Assembly: GCA_963819375.1 (NCBI GenBank)
Contig: CAWFVU010000002.1
Coordinates: 430,156 to 494,155, forward strand
Direction: 5' to 3'
DNA length: 64,000 bases
From: an uncultured Pseudomonadota bacterium
GTDB lineage: Bacteria > Myxococcota_A > Polyangia > Fen-1088
The position numbers and the translations under genes were made by a program. Below, one piece after another: positions 58,940-64,000 of the stretch (position 1 is the stretch's first letter; every line of letters begins with the position of its first letter). The notes under the pieces were generated by a model that saw only the letters and a list, made by a program, of their open reading frames with translations, made no database searches and was not told the origin of the DNA.

Positions 58940-59767
58940 ATGCCGCTAGCTAGCTCTGCCGCGAAGCAGGATCCCCCGAAGCTGGATCTGGAGAAGACCA
59001 CGGTGGCCGCGCACGAAGCCCTGGTGACCCTGCCGATCGAGACGGTCGCCCGCCTCGATCGCATGGCCACCGCCAGCTTGCTCGCCACGGGGCTCGCTCA
59101 CGAGATCGCCAACCCGCTCAGCTGCTTGATCGCCGCGCTCGACGCGATCGAGGTCCGCGTCGGCTGGCTCCGCGAGCGGCAGGACTCCTCCAAGAAGGAG
59201 CTCGAAGAGCTGGCGGCCGACGTCGAGCTCGCCTCGGTCAGCGGCAACGAGATCTTCGCTCAGGTGCGCGACTTCCAGCAGTACCTGCGCCCGCGCGAGC
59301 TGGAGACGGCGGCCGCCATCGACCTCAAGCCGCCGATCCTGCGGGCTATCCGGATGGCGCGGGCGCGCCTCGGCGCCAAGAGCCCGGTCTCGGTCGTGCT
59401 CGGGGAGGCGCCGCCGGTGCGCGTGCCCGGCAACCGCATCACGCAGATCGTCCTCAACCTGCTCCTCAACGCGGCCGAGGCGCTCGGCGATCGCCCCTGG
59501 AGCGCCAACCAGGTCGAGGTCCGGCTCTGCACCGTCGAGCACTGGGCGGTGATCGAGGTGAAGGACAACGGGCCCGGCATCGACGCCGTGACCCGGCAGC
59601 GCCTGTTCGAGCCGGGCGTCAGCGGCAAGCCCGGCGGGCAGTCGCTCGGCCTCGGGTTGGCAATCTGCCGCGAGCTGGCCCGCGCCGCCGGCGGCGAGAT
59701 CTCCGTGTCGTCGCCGCTCACGGGCTCGACGCTTTTCCGCGTCGCGCTCCCCCCGGCGGGCGCCTAG
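58940..59767 (+). CDS. soluble histidine kinase (HisKA + HATPase_c)
   Basis: AAGGAGG lies 5 nt before ATG 58940 (the track start 58850 is less likely). H-box LATGLAHEIANPLS. N-box LNLLLNAAEAL. DNGPGI. GLGLAICREL. Confidence 0.85.
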   Translation: MPLASSAAKQDPPKLDLEKTTVAAHEALVTLPIETVARLDRMATASLLATGLAHEIANPLSCLIAALDAIEVRVGWLRERQDSSKKELEELAADVELASVSGNEIFAQVRDFQQYLRPRELETAAAIDLKPPILRAIRMARARLGAKSPVSVVLGEAPPVRVPGNRITQIVLNLLLNAAEALGDRPWSANQVEVRLCTVEHWAVIEVKDNGPGIDAVTRQRLFEPGVSGKPGGQSLGLGLAICRELARAAGGEISVSSPLTGSTLFRVALPPAGA

Positions 59768-59780
59768 TCGGGCGGCTTCG

Positions 59781-61952
59781 TCAGCGGCCGGGGAAGACCG
59801 TCGTCGAGCGCGCGGGCTCCGGCAGCACGCGATCGAGCTTCCCCTGCCACCAAGCGTAGGCGCCGTAGAGCAACAGGCCGACGAAGAGCAGCGACTTCCA
59901 GGGGGGAGACTTCTCCGCGTAACGATCGCTGGTGTCGCGGCGCGAGCCGCGCGGCAGCTTGGCGACGCTGCTCAGGGTCGCGCCGAACGGGACGTTGATC
60001 TTCGCGCGCGCGTTCACCGCCCAGCCGTTGGCGTCGAGGATCGGGCCGAGGTTGCGCTTGCGCAGCTTGATGTACGCCAGCACCACCGACGGCATCGAGA
60101 TGAGCAGCATGATTCCCACGAAGGCGGCCAGGGTGGCCAGCGGCCCCATCTTGAACAGCCCCGTCGCGTAGCCGATGAGGGCGGTGGCGAAGGCGCCGAC
60201 GGCGCCGACGGCGACGCCCAGCGCGGCGACCGTGCCGACGTCAATCTTCTTGGCCTCGGGCGGCTTGGCGTTGCCGATGTTGGCGGTCCCGGCGGCCGCG
60301 AAGGCGAGCGTGCCGTGCGACTCGGCGTCGGCGGCGGCGGCGCGTTTGGCCACCTGCTCCTCCAGCAGCCGGACGAACTTCTTGTACGGCGCCCAGAAGG
60401 CCTGGCGAAGGCTGATCGGGTTGTCGACGATCTTGGTGATCGTCGCGTCCCAGTCGCGCCCCTGTCGGTCGTAGAAGACGCCGTTGCGCCCGACCATCAG
60501 GTTGTCGCTCTCGCCGGCGGTGAAGGCGGCGACAATCTGCACCTTCTCGGCGGCGGCGGGGCGGGTGCAATCGAGGTAGGCGAGAAACGCGCCCGCCAGG
60601 CCGGCCATCGTGGCGTGCTTGGCGGCGTCGGTCACCGGCAGGCACAGATGACAAGCGCGCTGATCGAGGTACAGCGTGCCGTACTGAAAGATGGCCGGGC
60701 GGCCGTCGTAGAAGTCCTCGAAGCTGACGAAGTTGGTGCAGAGGCGCGCCAGATCGCGGTGGTAGCGGACCAGCCGCTCGACCTGGTCGATGCTGGCGGC
60801 CTCTGCCTCGAGCGCCTTGTCGCGTGCGATGAGGTCCGCCAGCGCTTCGGCCCCACCCGAGGCGAGAATCTCGCGAACGCGGGCGATGCCGAGCTTCTCC
60901 GCCCGCAGGCCCTCCTTCACCGCGAGCCAGGCGTCGTAGGGGGCGAGCTTGCCGCCGAGCGCGAGCCAGTCGCTCTCGGTGAGCTCGGCGCGCGGGCCGG
61001 CGAGCGGCGTCACGGCGTCGTCGCGGAGCGCCCGGAGCGCTGTCGCGTAGGCCGGGTTGACCGCGCCGGTCAAGGGCAACGGTCGCTCCGCCGCCGCCAG
61101 CGCCAGCGGGAACGCGGCAATCTCCTCCACGGAGAGCGTCAGGTCGGCGGCGGCGATGGGGAGGTACTCCTCCGGGGTGCGGTTCAACGCCGGCAGCGCG
61201 CGCGGGTCGAACGCCGCCAGCCGGCAGCGGCCAAAGTAGTCGTCGACCTTGACCTTGACGGCCGTGACGGCGGCGGCGGCGGCGGCCGTTCGTTCCGGGC
61301 CGAGGGGAAAAACGTTGGCGGGGCTCTCCTCGCCCCGGGCGTACCAGGCGCTGTAGGCCCGGGCCTCGGCGAAGAAGGCGTCGGTCAGCGTGCCGTCGAT
61401 GCCGGGCTTACCGGAGCAATCGGGCACGGTGCCAATCGTCTCGCCAATCTCGCGGATGAGCGCGCGGGTGGCGTCGTCCTCGGCGGACATCTCGATGATG
61501 ACGCCGTCGCCGTTGAAGACGGTGTCGGCGAAGATGCGGGCCGGATCGCCGACGTCTTCGAGGCTGATCGAGGTGAAGTCCTTCTTGCCGATGTCGGCCA
61601 GGATGCGCCGGGCGGAGGCCAGCAGCGTCTTGCCCTCGGGGAGCGCGTCGTTGATCGCGGCCAGCGGCAGGGCGGCCTCGCCCTTGAACAAATCGTCCGG
61701 GCTCTTGAGGTTGTCGCAGGCGAAGGTCGCCGCGGCGATGAGCTCGGGGGCGCGCACCCGGCCATCCTTGTCGGTGTCGATGAGCGCCAGCGTCCGCGCG
61801 TCAATCTCGAGGCCGTTCGTCGGGCAGGCGAGGGCGACCCAGAGCTTCTGGTCGAGCGCGCCGAGATTCGCCAGATCGGAGCCCGACGCCAGCTTGACCT
61901 GATCGAAATCTCCCGCGCGAAAGAACGTCCAGCGGTGCGCGTCGCTGCTCAT
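59781..61952 (-). CDS. 723-aa conserved hypothetical protein with canonical EF-hand loop and C-terminal TM helices
   Basis: DTDKDGRVRAPE fits D-x-D-x-D-G-x-V-x3-E. Large soluble domain. Three hydrophobic helices near the C-terminus (VAALGVAVGAVGAFATALIGY, LAAFVGIMLLISMPSVVLAYI, LLFVGLLLYGAYAWW). Confidence 0.6.
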   Translation of the reverse strand: MSSDAHRWTFFRAGDFDQVKLASGSDLANLGALDQKLWVALACPTNGLEIDARTLALIDTDKDGRVRAPELIAAATFACDNLKSPDDLFKGEAALPLAAINDALPEGKTLLASARRILADIGKKDFTSISLEDVGDPARIFADTVFNGDGVIIEMSAEDDATRALIREIGETIGTVPDCSGKPGIDGTLTDAFFAEARAYSAWYARGEESPANVFPLGPERTAAAAAAVTAVKVKVDDYFGRCRLAAFDPRALPALNRTPEEYLPIAAADLTLSVEEIAAFPLALAAAERPLPLTGAVNPAYATALRALRDDAVTPLAGPRAELTESDWLALGGKLAPYDAWLAVKEGLRAEKLGIARVREILASGGAEALADLIARDKALEAEAASIDQVERLVRYHRDLARLCTNFVSFEDFYDGRPAIFQYGTLYLDQRACHLCLPVTDAAKHATMAGLAGAFLAYLDCTRPAAAEKVQIVAAFTAGESDNLMVGRNGVFYDRQGRDWDATITKIVDNPISLRQAFWAPYKKFVRLLEEQVAKRAAAADAESHGTLAFAAAGTANIGNAKPPEAKKIDVGTVAALGVAVGAVGAFATALIGYATGLFKMGPLATLAAFVGIMLLISMPSVVLAYIKLRKRNLGPILDANGWAVNARAKINVPFGATLSSVAKLPRGSRRDTSDRYAEKSPPWKSLLFVGLLLYGAYAWWQGKLDRVLPEPARSTTVFPGR

Positions 61953-62032
61953 CGCGCGTTTGTAACACGCCAGGACGGCACGTTCCTGGATCGTTGACCG
62001 TGCGGCGGCGGCTGACTACATTCGCGCCGCCC

Positions 62033-63034
62033 ATGAACCAACGCCCCCTCGTGTTCTCGGCCGCGTCACTCCTGCTCGCGGCGACGGCCGTCGCGCAGAC
62101 CACTCCGACCTTCGTCTACGGCAAGCCGGATGATCCGAAGCCGGTTGTGGCGGCCGTCGTGGCGCCAGAGGCTCCGCCGCCTCCCGCCGTCGAGTGGAAG
62201 GCGCAGGTCAAAGGGGGCTTCCTCATGACCTCCGGGAACGCCCAGACGACCGATACCTCCATGGCCGGGAACGTCTCGCGCAAGGAAGGGAACAACAGGT
62301 TCACCTTCGACGCCGGTGCGGCCTACGGGCGGTCGAACGTGGTCGCGCCCGTCATCGTGACGGACATGACGGTCACGCCGGCCACGAACACGATCACCAG
62401 CGTCGGCCGCAAGAACATCGAGACCAACAACAACTGGTTCACCAAGGGGCGCTATGACCGCTTCTTCACGGCCAACAACTCCGGGTACGTCAGCGCGCAG
62501 GCGGCGGGTGACGAGGTCGCGGGCAAGAGCTTCTACGGCGGTGGCCAGATCGGCTACAGCCGCCAGGTCTACAGGAGCAACATGCACCTGCTGGTCGCCG
62601 AGCTCGGCTATGACTTTTCCTACGAGCGGTACGTGCAGAACCCGGGGCCGACGCACGATCCGGTGAGCGTTCACTCGGCGCGCATCTTCGCGGGCGAGAC
62701 CTTGACGCTGACCAAGGCCACCGGAATCACGGCCAGCGTGGAGGCGCTCTTCAACCTGAACAAGGAGGGCTCCGCGCTGCAATATCCAAGCGGAAACCTC
62801 GGCGTCGATTCCTTCGAGGACACCCGCGTGAACGGGAAGCTCGGTCTCACCACCACGCTCTACAAACGGATGAGCATCAGCTTCGGATTTCTGCTCAGGT
62901 ACAATCAGAACCCGGCGCCGCTCCCCATTCCGTCGGGCTCGCCGCCGAACGCGATGTTCATGGCCGGGTTCGTTCCCTTCGCCGACCGCGTCGATACGCA
63001 GACCTCGGCGACGCTGGTCTACACGTTCCTTTAG
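62033..63034 (+). CDS. DUF481-like outer-membrane beta-barrel protein
   Basis: ATG 62033 (MNQRPLVFSAASLLLAATAVAQ). W.A.V..G....SGN. Alternating strands. C-terminal ...TLVYTFL (aromatic terminus). Confidence 0.65.
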   Translation: MNQRPLVFSAASLLLAATAVAQTTPTFVYGKPDDPKPVVAAVVAPEAPPPPAVEWKAQVKGGFLMTSGNAQTTDTSMAGNVSRKEGNNRFTFDAGAAYGRSNVVAPVIVTDMTVTPATNTITSVGRKNIETNNNWFTKGRYDRFFTANNSGYVSAQAAGDEVAGKSFYGGGQIGYSRQVYRSNMHLLVAELGYDFSYERYVQNPGPTHDPVSVHSARIFAGETLTLTKATGITASVEALFNLNKEGSALQYPSGNLGVDSFEDTRVNGKLGLTTTLYKRMSISFGFLLRYNQNPAPLPIPSGSPPNAMFMAGFVPFADRVDTQTSATLVYTFL

Positions 63035-63104
63035 CCAGCAAGGTCCCCAAGGTCCCAAAGTGGTCCGGTGGCGTGACGCGGTCCACTTGCGACGAAGTCG
63101 AGAT

Positions 63105-63134
63105 TTGACGCGAGTGCGACGGCGCGCCTAACAT
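63105..63134 (+). promoter_or_regulatory. candidate sigma-70-type promoter of the PAS sensor gene
   Basis: TTGACG (63105-63110), 18-nt spacer, TAACAT (63129-63134). GGTCC direct repeats lie upstream. Confidence 0.35.
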
Positions 63135-63171
63135 CCGAGCCGGTTTTTCTCTTGGGCGGGAGGGCGCAGCT

Positions 63172-64000
63172 GTGACGATCAAATCGAACGAGCCGGCCGT
63201 ACGTGTGCTGGTCGTCGAGGGAGATGGTCTCGGCCAGGGGACGGTCGAGGGGATCCTGGGCACGACCGGCGCCGGCAAGGTCGTGCGGGCCGCCTCGGTG
63301 ACGCAGGCCCGTGAGCTCTGGCGCGGGGGTGGGTTCGACCTGGTCGTCGCGGCCGAGACGCGGTTTCGCGACGTGCTCGATGGAATCTTCGCCTTCGTGG
63401 GGCTGTTCTCGACGGACGGGATCGTCCTCGACACGAACCAGGCGCCGCTCGCGGCGGGCGGTCTCCTGCGCGGGGACGTCGTCGGCCATCGCTTCGTCGA
63501 CCTGCCCTGGTTCAGCCATTCGGAGAATCGAGCGCGCGCGGGTCAGCGAGGCCATCGCCCGCGCCGCGCGCGGCGAGGCCTCTCGCTTCGAGACGACGGT
63601 CCTGTCCGCCAAGAACGGGATCGTCTACATCGACGCCGCGTTCGCCCCCTTGCCGGGGCCCGACGGCGCGATCAACCGGGTGGTGGGGACGGGCGTCGAC
63701 GTCACCGTTCGCCGCAAGGTCGAGAACGATCTCAGGCGCAGCCAGGCGCTGATCGCGGAGGCGCAGCGCCTCGCGCGGCTCGGGAGCTGGGAGTGGAACG
63801 TCGCAAAGGACCAGGTCACCTGGTCGGAGGAGCTGTTCCGCATCTACGCGCTCGATCCCGCCCGGCACGTCCCCAGCTACGAATCGTTCCTGGCCACCGT
63901 TCACCCCGACGACCGCGAGCACACCTCGACGGTGCTGCGCCTGGCGCGGGAGAACGTTTCGGCCTTCGTCTACGATCACCGGATCGTCCGTCCGGACGGC
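63172..64000 (+). CDS. PAS-domain sensor protein, 3' end beyond the window, one frame break
   Basis: Not in the ORF track (no stop inside the window). GTG 63172 follows GGGCGGGAGGG. ...FRDVLDGIFAFVGLFSTDGIVLDTNQAPL. After removing one A at 63527-63528 it reads ...SHSEIERARVSEAIARAARGEASRFETTV..., then a second PAS: LGSWEWNVAKDQVTWSEELFRIYALDP...HPDDRE. Confidence 0.7.
   Translation, partial: MTIKSNEPAVRVLVVEGDGLGQGTVEGILGTTGAGKVVRAASVTQARELWRGGGFDLVVAAETRFRDVLDGIFAFVGLFSTDGIVLDTNQAPLAAGGLLRGDVVGHRFVDLPWFSHSENRARAGQRGHRPRRARRGLSLRDDGPVRQERDRLHRRRVRPLAGARRRDQPGGGDGRRRHRSPQGRERSQAQPGADRGGAAPRAARELGVERRKGPGHLVGGAVPHLRARSRPARPQLRIVPGHRSPRRPRAHLDGAAPGAGERFGLRLRSPDRPSGR

Overview
High-GC (about 70% by eye), gene-dense chromosomal segment. 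The host is almost certainly a myxobacterium: one protein carries a MYXO-CTERM sorting tag, many lipoproteins have Gly/Thr-rich linkers, and there are PEGA, TSP3 and Cys-rich repeat proteins. I support about 57 protein genes. I saw no rRNA, tRNA, CRISPR array, transposase or integrase.

Content, left to right:
- RRM RNA-binding protein with a very long Gly tail
- DsbA, a lipoprotein, an LPMO-like MYXO-CTERM protein, MgtC, and tag
- Cys-rich TSP3 lipoprotein, then def
- A minus-strand run: nasB-like, nasA, ligA, small membrane protein, PilZ, rnhB, TPR
- FHA-GGDEF cyclase, L,D-transpeptidase and a PEGA protein
- A CAZyme set of secreted lipoproteins: GH44, GH3, two GH43, GH18, GH53, plus an unassigned GH6-like enzyme
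- bshA-bshC, divergent from a giant PIG-L deacetylase
- SSS transporter, DinB, SDR
- A three-gene bufferin-type RiPP cluster: a Sec-exported 6-Cys peptide, a DUF692/MNIO enzyme and a DUF2063 partner
- ECF sigma/anti-sigma module, then modABC
- A two-component/sigma-54 signalling cluster
- An EF-hand membrane protein, a DUF481 porin-like protein, and a PAS sensor cut by the window end

The best candidate for a special system is the RiPP cluster at 40.6-42.6 kb.

A second striking property is 27 single-nucleotide frame breaks, placed by hand. 24 of them lie between 14.8 and 26.6 kb and most are insertions. They also hit the essential genes ligA and rnhB, so I read them mainly as consensus errors rather than biology.

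Many long ORFs in the supplied track are Arg/Pro-rich shadow frames of real genes and are rejected below.
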